A DNA stretch of 64,000 bases from Paraspadella gotoi (taxonomy: Eukaryota; Animalia; Chaetognatha). How positions within the stretch are numbered: the stretch's first letter is position 1; each line of letters begins with the position of its first letter. Of this stretch, positions 38,381 to 50,688 are shown one piece after another. The translations under genes were made by a program, and so were the position numbers. Under the pieces are notes generated by a model that searched no databases, was not told the DNA's origin, and saw nothing but the letters and a program-made list of their open reading frames with translations. The stretch spans positions 26,461,324 to 26,525,323 of the forward strand of contig CM119267.1 of assembly GCA_051294375.1 (NCBI GenBank). The letters are read 5' to 3'.

Positions 38381-40195
38381 TATTAGGAAATGTTTATTGT
38401 TTGCCAATACAACGATTTTTATTGTCATAGAACATGTTTCGACTCTGTTGATTCGAGTCTTCATCAGCTTTGAAAAACATTATCAAAAATGCTCTACACA
38501 TTAAGTTAGAGAGAGAGAGGAGAGAGAGGAGAGAGTGAGAGAGATTGAGGGAGAGTTTTCAACAAAGGGCTGAGTAAAGGACAGTGGCCAGAATGAGAGA
38601 CAGCGAGAAGGTAAGAACAGAGAAGAAGATAATTTTGAAATGGTGAAAAGTAAAAGAAAGAGAGAGAAATAATTACATTTGACAATGTACAACAAAGATA
38701 AATTTGAAAAAACTTAGAATAAGCTGAGATTTTGAATTAACAAAAGTTAAATAAGTAATAATGATGAAATTGAAATGGAGGAATAGGTGGTGAGGGATAG
38801 ATAAGTTAATAGTTAAGTGAAATATATAAGAGAAGAAAGAGCTCAAAATGAGCTGGCCCCCCCGGGTGGACAAAGGTGGGACGCTGACGATATGATCGGG
38901 TCATTGGCTGTCATATACTGAGATGATATTCTTGTAGAGTGGGATATCATGGGTCAGGTAAAGACCCGGCTGGGAAAATACCAAGTGCCACTCTAATATC
39001 TCTTTGGCCTGATAAGCCTGCCGAAGGCCCTCCTCTCACCTGACGGTGAGGTGGTTTCCTGTTCTTGCCTGTTTTGGTGCAGGAGATACAGACTCCTCTC
39101 CCTCCTCCTGTAGCCGTGTCTTTGGGCGGCGCTTGGCGTTCAGAGAGTCACGCCAAGTTGTACAGGTTCGGGAGAGGTATCGGACGTCCATTGCCTGCCG
39201 GGAGGCCTCCGCCTGACCCGCTTGAGTTGGGACAGGGGAATCACCGTGCGGTTGGGGTGGCATGGGTGTTCACCACAGTTTGATTACGCGAATCATAGCT
39301 TGGAGGGAGATCGAATCGTCCTCCATCACGGTCAAAGAGGGTTCGAGGGCTTTGATGTAAACTGCCTCTCTAATACCTCTTGAGAACCAATTTTGGTCAT
39401 GGGACAGCACGAGGCGTCGGACTCTCAAACAGATGGCCAGAAGATGCCGAATGCTCGGCAATAGCCGATAAGAAGTGACCTCGTGTGGTCACGATACGGC
39501 TTTATGTGCTGTTTAAACCGACGTCTGAGAGACTTCCCGGTCTCGCCCACGTATGCTGCTGTGCAAAATTGGTTGCCTGCCCCGGCACAGCGCCGCCCAA
39601 TAGACGGCTCCTGAGGCGCTTCTGCTTATCTCCCAATTGCGCTGTGGAGGCGGCGGTTGGTCCTTCAGCAGCAAGACCTCGTTCTTCCTCCTCATTTTGA
39701 GCTCTTTCTTCTCTTATATATTTCACCTAACTATTAACTACTATCTATCCCTCACCACCTATTCCTCCATTTCAATTTTCATCATTATACTTATTAACTT
39801 TTGTTAATTCAAAATCTCAGCTTATTTCTAAGTTTTTCTAAATTTATCTTTGTTGTACATTGTCAAATGAAATTATTTCTCTCTCTCTCTCTCTCTTTCA
39901 CTTTTCACCATCTTTCAAAATTATCTTCTTCTCTGTTCTTACCTTCACCTTCCTCTCATCTGGCCACTGTCTCTTTACTCAGCCCTTGTTTGGAAACTCT
40001 CCCTCAATCCTCTCTCTCTCTCTCTCCTAACTTAATGTGTAAGAGCATTTTTGATAATGTTTTTTCAAAGCTGATGAAGACTCGAATCAACAGAGTCGAA
40101 ACATGTTTCTATGACAATATAAAATTGTTGTATGGCAAACAAACATTTCCTAATATTCACTTAGCAACGAAAAAAGAGAGAAAAATAATACAGAT
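38381..40195 (-). mobile_element. Truncated Penelope-like element (GIY-YIG C-terminus and 3' pseudo-LTR) with inverted pseudo-LTR 39691-40195
   Basis: SGAVY and HDQNWFSRGIREAVYIKALEPSL motifs; arms 38381-38853 and 39691-40155 inverted; hammerhead cores at 38431-38467 (-) and 40071-40108 (+). Confidence 0.88.
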
Positions 40196-40214
40196 GATAT
40201 ATAAGTATATAATT

Positions 40215-43200
40215 TTTATCACCAGCGACATCAGCGTTAAGGAAGCCACCGCTGTGTGTTTATGCCCTTCAGGCCATCTCCCGCGTCAATCCACCAACCG
40301 TCGCGTGACGTCTGTCGACAATCAAGCTCTTTACCATGCCTGGGTCTGGTCTTCGATCTAGATCTCTCTTGAACTCACCGCCCGTTCTCAAGATCTCTTT
40401 CTTCTTTGCCTGGAGCATAACGCTCTTCTCACCCTTCTGGGTTCCTACTCATTCCAACCCGGCTGATGCCCCTTCGCGCGCTCTTCAAGCGCTCTGATGC
40501 CTTGGTCTCCGCATTTGGTCTATTTGGCCCTTTCTCTATCGATCTCATGGCTCTCCCCTTCGAACGCCTTCTGCGACCCACATGGCTAGTCTGGCAAGCT
40601 TCCTATGGGACAGGTTGGAATATCTTTACAAAACCTTGGGAATATTACCTTGGTACCAAAATAAGAGATTTGAGATAGAACAATTTTTGTCTACACAAGC
40701 CAAAAGGTTCGTAATAAAAATCGGGTTAACTCCAATATGCAAATGAGATTAACGTTTCACAGTAAAATTTTAATTTAATAAAAATTATTAATCTAATATA
40801 AAAATTAAATAAATGTATATAAAATCAAAATTAAAAGCTAATATGTATAGTTTGATCAGCATATAGGATAAAAAAAATAATATTAAGGCAATAAAAGCAC
40901 ATGAAAATACTATTGCAATGAAGCGTTTCTTATAACTTAATCCTAAAGATAGTAAGACAGTGAAGCAATGACAAAAAGCCATTGAGAGAGAGAGAGATAC
41001 AGTTCAATGAGTTTTTTGTTTTGCTCACAACCATTTTGTACTGTACTGTACTTGAATAATATCAAAATACTTTAAACATTCTCTTCAATTAACTTCAGAG
41101 TAAAAATTATGTAAACCGCCTCGTAGACTCGCCCGTTCAACACAAAAAATTTAAATTGCTCTTCGCAAAAGTCTTTGTTTTTATTCCTTTAAAAAATGAA
41201 ACTAAAACCAAAACCTCGATATTTTTTGCAAAAATGCCAACGATTTGCCTACAATAATAATTATTCCGATCAGTTGTAATACTATGCCACCCAAAGATAA
41301 TCTTTAATAACTTTAAAAAAGGTTGTCAACGAATCTATTCTAGTTCGTCTTAAGAGAAGGATACAGAGCTCCGTTCAACCAAAGACAGCTGGAGAAGGAG
41401 TGACCCCGTTTCTCTTTGCCTGCTTCTCCAGCCTCATACAACGCCGGAGATTTTGGATACGACAAAAAATGGAAAATCTCCACGCCGCCGAAATGCGCCG
41501 AATCATCTCCAAATTCATCGCCGACTTCGCCGCCGATTTTGCGAGGCCGATTTCGCCGCCGATTGTCCCGACGATTCCCCGACGATTTCGCCGCCGACTC
41601 CTGCCGACCGCGCACAACCTCGCGCCATTTCCCCGGCCCACTTTTGCCGCCGACTTGAATTGATGGATGAATTATTAGTTGAAGGCAAAATTGTAGGCAT
41701 TTTTTCGCCGAAAAAACTAGGTTTTTGTTTTTTATTTCATTTTTTTAAAGATTCAAACAAGGAAGTTCAAGAGAAGAATTTTAAAAATTATTTTTTTTGT
41801 TTGCGTAGTTTTTACTAAATGACCTGAAAATAACCGGAGCGATCACAAAATATTTCAATGAGAGTAAAAAATTAGTATTATTTAATAATTTTAATTTGGA
41901 GGTTAATAAAAAAGCGAGGGTAAATCTTTCATTGTCATGGTGAGGATCAATTTTATCATATTACAACTTTTAATGCTGTACTATATTATAAAGCCTATAT
42001 CCAGAAATTATACTTTTGGCTCAATCTGGGCTTTCTCTTGTCGTGTCATTATCTTGTACACTACGGCGAAAAAAACGCCCGCACGTTTTCACATCGAAAA
42101 GAACCGTATTGGATGCTGAATTTTACAAAGATAGAGATACGATAAATAAAGCTTATTAAATGATAAAGTGATTGGTACAAGCTCCAGTAAAATGCGAGCA
42201 AAGGCGTTGTGAAAGTATAGGATGACAAATGCGGATTGGTACAAATATCAAAAAAGAAAAAATTAGGTTTTGCTCAAAAAGAGTCAAATAACTGTTCCCT
42301 ATTAAAAATGTTATAATATGTATTAATATTAATTTTCTTGCACCAATGCGATAGCTTATTTAAAATAAGCTAGATTTTTTAAAATATTTTCTTGAAAATT
42401 GAAAGAAGAGAATTAGTTTGACCAATTTGATAATTAAAAATGAAAAAAAATACCAATTTGGTTAAAAATCTTGATAGCATGTTAATGGTTATTTAGAGTA
42501 TTTAGCTTTTTAAAATAGTTTTGTTACGTTATACAGAGATTGTTAGTAAACAACTATCAAAAACAATTAAAACATATTTATTAATTGTTTTTAAAAAAAA
42601 TAGTTATTATTAAATTGTTTTAAGCTCTCTTTATATTCAACCTTACGATGACGCATTAATCTCATTTCATATTCCGAGTCACTGGCATTTATTACTAACC
42701 TTTTGAGCATAATGTACCGATCTGTTATCTAATTTCCAGTTAAATATGGTTCTGATCATATTTTTGAAAGTTTTTTTGGAATCTGAATCTAGATTCAGGC
42801 ACTAACATGGCTCGCCATTCATTCTTGCTCCGCGCACCCATCTGCCTGGCCCAGGGGCGTTAACGTCTTCCCCCAGTCCGCGCCCGCCCGGACTCTTTAT
42901 GCCTTCCTCCGCTTTGTGATGATTCCTCCCTTGATCCGGCTTGCTGCTCGATGGCTCTTTCACGCGTGTCCTTGTGCTTCCGCTTGTTTCTCTCGCGCAC
43001 CGCTGCACTCGCGTTCTCGCGCGCTTTTATCTCCGACCAGAAGCGTTCTGCTCTTCTCCCTCCGACATCGTGTCCTTACTTTCCTTGTCCTGCGAGGCTT
43101 TGCTCGCAGATGCCCTTCCACCCTTTCCTTTCGGAATCCTCGCCGTGTCTGTGCCGCTTCTCCCCATCTTCCGTTCCTCGCGTCTGTTCCGCCTCCCACC

Positions 43201-43483
43201 GTGAGGATTCTCCTCGGTCTCCGACTCTGTGTTTCATCCTCTTCTCGTCTCTGCCACTGGCCTTACCCTTTCAGTTCGTGCTCTCTTCTGCGTCTCTGGA
43301 CAGCACTCTGCGCTGATGTGTTCTCAAGGTCTTTTGAAGGTCTCCGCCTGCACGTTCTCCGTTCGACGGTCTCGTGCGTTGCATGCGTCGTGTGGGCGAA
43401 TGACGCCTCTTCGCCTGACGTCTCATTGCTCGTGGTCTGTCTTCCCTTGCCTCTTTGCTGCTTACCTATCTCTTCTCCTGTGT
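40215..43483 (+). mobile_element. Degraded YR retrotransposon fragment (RNaseH-MT-SGNH region), interrupted by an insertion at 40587-42804
   Basis: 40215-40586 and 42805-43483 match the reverse complement of ~53165-52170 contiguously. Confidence 0.88.
40587..42804. mobile_element. Non-autonomous DNA transposon (hAT-like?), 2.2 kb
   Basis: acatggc duplicated at 40580-40586 and 42805-42811; ends tagt...acta; subterminal inverted motifs caaaaggtt-gtaataaaa and aaatgagattaa. Confidence 0.75.
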
Positions 43484-43584
43484 TNNNNNNNNNNNNNNNN
43501 NNNNNNNNNNNNNNNNNNNNNNNNNNNNNNNNNNNNNNNNNNNNNNNNNNNNNNNNNNNNNNNNNNNNNNNNNNNNNNNNNNNN

Positions 43585-46560
43585 AAAAAGAGAGAGATCT
43601 AGAAGCTTAGTGTCATGTCAGCAAAAAGGCTCTATCAAAATAACAACTATTCCAATGGACTCGAATTTCTTTTGCCTGGCCACAAATTTCTTCCCTGTAT
43701 GAAGCTTCCGGGTACCCCAGTTGTACTGTATTCCAAATGTCATCCCTCTCATCTTCCAGCTACCGCTCGAGATTTTCCTTATCTATCCGCGCTTGTCTGC
43801 ATCAAAACCTGCCTGGTGATATATGTTGAATAAATCAGCAGGAGTTGGGATGCCTTACCTTAATCCCTCTTGTGGCACCCAAGCTTTCACTAGTCCCTCT
43901 TCACTCTTGAACAGCATAATTCCGTCGTTTCATGTAGATTTACCAACACCTTCAGGAAGGCGCATTTCAGTCCATACCTCTCCAAGAGTCCTCCAGCAGG
44001 CGGGCTTGTTGACTCTAGATATGCTTTTCCTCAGGTCGAGCAGTCTGCTAACTGGGTTGTAAATGTGTCCACACCCTCACCCTCCTTGCTTCCAGGCTAA
44101 AGAGCATCTTCCTGCATTCTAAAATCAATCTGATGTGGCATCTTGCTGTTGATCCTTCCCACGCTCCTGAATCCCGATTGATTCGTCGTCCAGGAAGCTC
44201 CATGTGTCTTCTGCCCATTTCTTTTAAGCCTGCTAGCTACAGTCTCGGCCAGTACTCTGCTTGCCCAATGGGATAATAGGGCAAACACCTCTGAAATTGT
44301 TGGGGTCGTTCTATCCTTTTTTCTTTACCATAGTGGTACAACTAAACACTTTTTTAAGCTGTCCTCCCAACATAATCCGCATCCCTTCAAACATGAAGAC
44401 CACAATCTTGACCAGCCATCGTCTAATAGCAGGATTCCCCTCACTCTCAGCAAGTACACCAGTCCCTGACTCCAATCTTCCCCTGGAAGATGCCTCTCTC
44501 ATTCTAGCTTAATTCCTTCACTATTTCTTGCTTTCTCGGGGCTTTGTTAAGGAGACTCTCAGCCACTTCATTCTCCGTCCCTTGCATCTTTTCTTAGGTC
44601 TGTTGCACAGTCCACAGCCTTCATGATGCCTCGTCCGGCGCAGTTCTCAAACCTTTCGCAACCCAAACTTTTGAAGAATTGAGCTTGAATCTTCCTTGTT
44701 AGCGTAGTTTGACATTTACTTATCTTGGCAACCTCTGTCCTAGCTGACGTAAAACACCTTATACAATTTTGGGCTATGTCACCCCTGTATTTCCTGATCC
44801 GCACACTCCCTTTATAATTTCCCATCCAACACATTCCCTTTCCCATCTTCTCTTCGTCTTATTCCATAAGTTTTCTTGCCGCTTTTAGCTCTATCCTCAC
44901 GTCTTTCTCAGCTCTTCCCCCTCCTGTCGACTCATCATCATCTGGTTCCTCTTGTCCATAAATTCCGTAAACCCTCTTTTCATGACACTTATCTCATCCT
45001 TCTCTTCCTGCCAATCCATGGATCTGACACGCCTCTGTCTCTCTTGGCCATCAATGTAGATTCCGCCCGCCTCCATCACGCATTTTCGCAATCTGCACCA
45101 GTTGGATGATTAAATATGTCCGTGTCATCTTTGAGCTTCAGCCTCAAGCTTTTCCTATCTATCCCCTTGATATTGTTCTTCCCGTTTCCTCGTCTTTAAC
45201 AGCTCCCATCTTATCTCCGGCTACTCTTACCTTCACCGGAAATTCTTCCTCCACGTCTTGTTCTTCAACTGAGCGACCATCTTTTTTGGCTTGTGGTCGG
45301 ATAAGAACAGATCGCCTACCGTCGTTTACTTTTTCACAAAATGATGTTCGTTGGTTTCATCCTCATGAATGAAGCCGTCGCAGCTCACATACCCCAGTTT
45401 CCGCTCTTAGAGTCCGGAGCAACCAAGATTCCCCCTGTTCTTTTCTTTGGTAGAAGCTATTAACCACCGAGTTCTACCACAGAACTAATTGCTCACGCGT
45501 ACAGTTCATCAATTCTACTCCCTTGCTCATTTGAATCCTACCCAGTCCAAACACTCCCTGTTTGTCCGGCTTCCTCCGCTTCATTCTCTTTCCGAGTGTG
45601 CATTGAAATCGCCCCCTCATTTGCAGCAGTTCCTTCACCTTTGGCCCCAGTTCATGTGTTTCCTTCAGCGATGTCTCTCGTTTCTCTATTTCTATAAATT
45701 CCCTCTTTTTCTCCATCTGGCATGCTTACGTCGACAACGAGCGTTAATCGTTCTCCTAGGCTTGATTGACGCACGCATCTTTCTGAAAAACGTTACTTTT
45801 GCCTCCTTCGCTCCATTTCTCATTGCATTCGTCTCTTAACAAGATCCCTGCCTTGGTTGAGTGAATTATTACAACAAGCTTCTTCATCCTGTCCCATCCA
45901 TAAGCTAACGCCGTCTTCTCTGCCCATATCTCGCTTAATAAATTACATCCCATTCTCTTATTACGCTTCCCGAGCTACTTGCCTAGCTCTTTTCCTCAGA
46001 TTATCTGCCTTTCCAGTGACATTCCCTGCACATTCCATGTTACAATTTGTTCATCTGCTTATTTCCACAGGTCTTGTCCCCCTTTTTCTTTCCTCTAACT
46101 TTCTCCTTCTCTTTTTCCCTGTCTTTTCCTTTTCTTCTCTGTCTCCTCTTTTTCTCTAGCTAGATGCTGATTTGTCTCTTGGCCCCGGGTTTGCATGTAT
46201 TGTCACCAGCCGCCGCCCTTAATCTCCATCATCCTTCTCTCTCCTCGTCTATAAATAAATCATACGACGCAGCCTTGAGAGCTGTAGCCATTTTCTTGTT
46301 TAAGGAGGTGACATGGGTGGCAGTTCTATGCCCACTCCGTTGCCCATAAAAACGGATCGGGGATCCACCTCTGCTCGCTTGACCTTCTCCTTGTTTTCTG
46401 AGCATGTCGTCCTCTTTGCCATCCCATGGGATGTTCCCGCTGGCACCGCGAGGAGGTTGAGACGTTCTGCCAGCACATGACCTGACCTCAGGTCATTGGT
46501 CTCGTCGTCCCGAGGCTTCAACGGGTTTCTTCGGTCGTGGCCGTAGCCACGAGAGACAAC
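43585..46560 (-). mobile_element. RTE-like non-LTR retrotransposon, heavily frameshifted; 3' part lost in a gap
   Basis: Fragments KKG..NDPNNFRGVC, NQSGFR, LLDLRKA, RGLR.G and LFNIY typical of RTE-type RT. Confidence 0.75.
46408..46475 (-). ncRNA. HDV-like self-cleaving ribozyme in the LINE 5' region
   Basis: P1 UGCUGGC/GCCAGCG, P3 ACC/GGU with L3 UCCUCGC, P1.1 GG, P4 CAUCC/GGAUG, J4/2 CAAA, P2 cguc(-)uc/gaggacg. Confidence 0.8.
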
Positions 46561-47334
46561 CGTTTCAAACCTTCGAACTGTACACATGTTATGCGCTATG
46601 TTTCAACATATTCACTATGTTATGTTCTCTTCAATGTTTTACCTCATACATAATAAATGTCTTCCCTACTCTCTATGTCGTGGTCTTCCACAGGTGTATG
46701 AAGCTGAAAATTTATAAAAGCTCTCATCATCGATGTCTTAAATTGAGTCTGGACAGTTATTAAATATGTTTTGTTTATGTTTTAATAAAATAAAAAAAAA
46801 AAAAAATTTCATAAATAATTTTAAAATTTAAAAAATAATTTATTCAAAAACAAAGATTTTTTTCTTATTTTTATATTTCTTTCTCTCTCTCTTTTTCTCT
46901 TTTAATTATATTTAGCTATCTCTCTCTCTTTTTCCCCAGTGCTGATTCACGGAAAAAATGAGTCTGCAGCTGGCTCTGCATGGCCTTAAATAGGGCTTAT
47001 TCTTTTTCTCTCTTTTCTCCTGCTGCTTCTGCGTTTTTATTTAAAAAAAATTAAAATAGGATTGAACTCGTAAAATTAGTGCATGTTATCATTTTGCTAT
47101 CGCAACATCGGGTTTTTATTTCGTTTTTATTTATTTTTTTTTCTCTTTCTCTCTATGCAATTGCGACGATCCTTGTGCTTTTAAGATTTTTATTTGTCAA
47201 TTTTCGCATCGCCCATATTTATACATAGTACTCACCATATATAATACAAACAATTTAAAATGGGTTTTTTATTTATTTTTGAAAGCAGATTCGAATTCCT
47301 CAAGAAAAGTTGATAAAAGGAAATATAACTCTTT

Positions 47335-49136
47335 ATGTTCTCTAGTACAAGACAACTAATATATACCTGTTACTTTATTATATATGTCGCCGGAGAGGCA
47401 TGGCGGGCCACGATGAGCACATGAAAAGAAAAAAAGGGGGGAGAGGGGTAGAACGATTAGTGGTGCTGCACCGTACCAGCACTTGTACACATACAGGCGC
47501 CATGCAGTCGCCATGCAAACTTGCACACTCGCACTCGCTCCACGGGATGATTTCACTCACCGGGTGAGACAGCGAGGAGGTCCTGCGGGGGGAATAGTGA
47601 CCTATTCACCGCGACCACTTGCTGGACTCACCTAGTTTAGTAGTGGGTAGAGACTAGAGACCATGCGTACGACGGCATGACCTAGGGTACACGACACACG
47701 GGGGACACAGGGGACACCCATACCTAACCCAACACCCAAACCTAACCAAAGGAGTCGGCTGAGGAGGCGAGAGACGAGAGGCGTCAGAAGGCCCTCTCCT
47801 GAAGGCCAGCGTTGAGAGACTGGAAAAAGGTGGCGGCGACGTCCGCAGATGAGGAGCCGGAGGCAGAGGAGACAACGGCCTCACGCAACGAGTGAGCGGA
47901 GTTGGAGGAACGAGAAACGCGATGGAGTTTAGTGTAATGTTCGAAGACGCGCTCGGAGGCCCAACGGCAGTGACCCATGACCTCCTCTTTCGAGGCGCCA
48001 AGCATGAGGAGCGTAATGGCGCACCCAGCACGGGAGCCATGAGCGGTGAGACCCGGGAGAGCGTCGTCAGTGAGGTAAACGCAAAGACGTCGAGTCGTGT
48101 TATTGGAGGAAAACTGGGTGTCAAGGACGGCGTCGTGCCGTGGGGACTTGGTCGGTCGGAATAGGAAAGAGTTGACAACGTCGAGGCCGTTGGNNNNNNN
48201 NNNNNNNNNNNNNNNNNNNNNNNNNNNNNNNNNNNNNNNNNNNNNNNNNNNNNNNNNNNNNNNNNNNNNNNNNNNNNNNNNNNNNNNNNNNNNNNNNNNN
48301 NNNNNNNNNNNNNNNNNNNNNNNNNNNNNNNNNNNNNNNNNNNNNNNNNNNNNNNNNNNNNNNNNNNNNNNNNNNNGTATGGTTAAAGAGCAGGGAGCCA
48401 CAATGGAGTCGGGTGATCTCTCGACCAATGGCGCGGCCGAGGTCGCCGGCGAGGTAAAGAAGGCGATGTCGCGAAAGAGAACAAAGCGGTCGGGAAGGAA
48501 GGGGGCGGACGGAGGGAGAGTCGATACGGCAGGAAATCTCAGACGCGAGAAGGCNNNNNNNNNNNNNNNNNNNNNNNNNNNNNNNNNNNNNNNNNNNNNN
48601 NNNNNNNNNNNNNNNNNNNNNNNNNNNNNNNNNNNNNNNNNNNNNNNNNNNNNNNNNNNNNNNNNNNNNNNNNNNNNNNNNNNNNNNNNNNNNNNNNNNN
48701 NNNNNNNNNNNNNNNNNNNNNNNNNNNNNNNNNNNNNNNNNNNNNNNNNNNNNNNNNNNNNNNNNNNNNNNNNNNNNNNNNNNNNNNNNNNNNNNNNNNN
48801 NCAAGGGAGAAGCGCAGGGGTTGGAACCGGGGTTGGCGGAGAAGGAGTTGATGCGGCCGATGGAGTTAAAGGCCGCCCTGAGCTTGCCGATGATGGAGTC
48901 GACGGTGCCGGCGGCAAGATGAAAGGGACAAGGGCAGGGATGAGAGCCATGGAGACCAAGAAAAGGACAGCCGAGAGCGTGGACTTGGGTGCGACCCCGA
49001 GAATCCTGGTTATGCAGAAAACGGCAGACGTCGTCGGGGGTGGCGGTAGCGAGAGAACGCGGAGAACGAGTCGGGGAGACATCGAGCAGAAACGCTTCAA
49101 AATCGGACACGAGCTTCGACTTCTGCTTCTCGTAGG
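47335..49136 (-). mobile_element. YR retrotransposon copy: gapped YR ORF plus complete 3' end
   Basis: HGSRAG..MGHCRW..EHY and stop at 47784; AATAAA at 47374-47379; the flanking host repeat breaks off at ~47334. Confidence 0.88.
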
Positions 49137-50688
49137 NNNNNNNNNNNNNNNNNNNNNNNNNNNNNNNNNNNNNNNNNNNNNNNNNNNNNNNNNNNNNNNN
49201 NNNNNNNNNNNNNNNNNNNNNNNNNNNNNNNNNNNNNNNNNNNNNNNNNNNNNNNNNNNNNNNNNNNNNNNNNNNNNNNNNNNNNNNNNNNNNNNNNNNN
49301 NNNNNNNNNNNNNNNNNNNNNNNNNNNNNNNNNNNNNNNNNNNNNNNNNNNNNNNNNNNNNNNNNNNNNNNNNNNNNNNNNNNNNNNNNNNNNNNNNNNN
49401 NNNNNNNNNNNNNNNNNNNNNNNNNNNNNNNNNNNNNNNNNNNNNNNNNNNNNNNNNNNNNNNNNNNNNNNNNNNNNNNNNNNNNNNNNNNNNNNNNNNN
49501 NNNNNNNNNNNNNNNNNNNNNNNNNNNNNNNNNNNNNNNNNNNNNNNNNNNNNNNNNNNNNNNNNNNNNNNNNNNNNNNNNNNNNNNNNNNNNNNNNNNN
49601 NNNNNNNNNNNNNNNNNNNNNNNNNNNNNNNNNNNNNNNNNNNNNNNNNNNNNNNNNNNNNNNNNNNNNNNNNNNNNNNNNNNNNNNNNNNNNNNNNNNN
49701 NNNNNNNNNNNNNNNNNNNNNNNNNNNNNNNNNNNNNNNNNNNNNNNNNNNNNNNNNNNNNNNNNNNNNNNNNNNNNNNNNNNNNNNNNNNNNNNNNNNN
49801 NNNNNNNNNNNNNNNNNNNNNNNNNNNNNNNNNNNNNNNNNNNNNNNNNNNNNNNNNNNNNNNNNNNNNNNNNNNNNNNNNNNNNNNNNNNNNNNNNNNN
49901 NNNNNNNNNNNNNNNNNNNNNNNNNNNNNNNNNNNNNNNNNNNNNNNNNNNNNNNNNNNNNNNNNNNNNNNNNNNNNNNNNNNNNNNNNNNNNNNNNNNN
50001 NNNNNNNNNNNNNNNNNNNNNNNNNNNNNNNNNNNNNNNNNNNNNNNNNNNNNNNNNNNNNNNNNNNNNNNNNNNNNNNNNNNNNNNNTCAAATTGGTAG
50101 AACTATTTCTTTTTAATTTTAAGAAAATATTTTAAAAAATATAGCTTTTTTAATAAGCTATCGATTGGTGCAAGAAAATTACATTATTACATATTATAAA
50201 CATTTTTAATAGGGAAAAGTTATTGACTCTTTTTGACGAAAACTAATTTTTTCTTTTTTGATATTTGTACCAATCGACTTTGTCATCCTATAACTTTCAA
50301 ACGCTTTGCTCGATTTTACTGGGACTTGTACCAATCACTTTATCATTTAATAAGCTTTATTTTATGTATCTCTATCTTTGTAAAANNNNNNNNNNNNNNN
50401 NNNNNNNNNNNNNNNNNNNNNNNNNNNNNNNNNNNNNNNNNNNNNNNNNNNNNNNNNNNNNNNNNNNNNNNNNNNNNNNNNNNNNNNNNNNNNNNNNNNN
50501 NNNNNNNNNNNNNNNNNNNNNNNNNNNNNNNNNNNNNNNNNNNNNNNNNNNNNNNNNNNNNNNNNNNNNNNNNNNNNNNNNNNAGAAAGACACAGATTGA
50601 GCCAAAAGTATAATTTCTGGATATAGGCTTTATAATAATGTACAGCATTAAAAGTTGGAATATGATAAAATTGATCCTNNNNNNNNNN

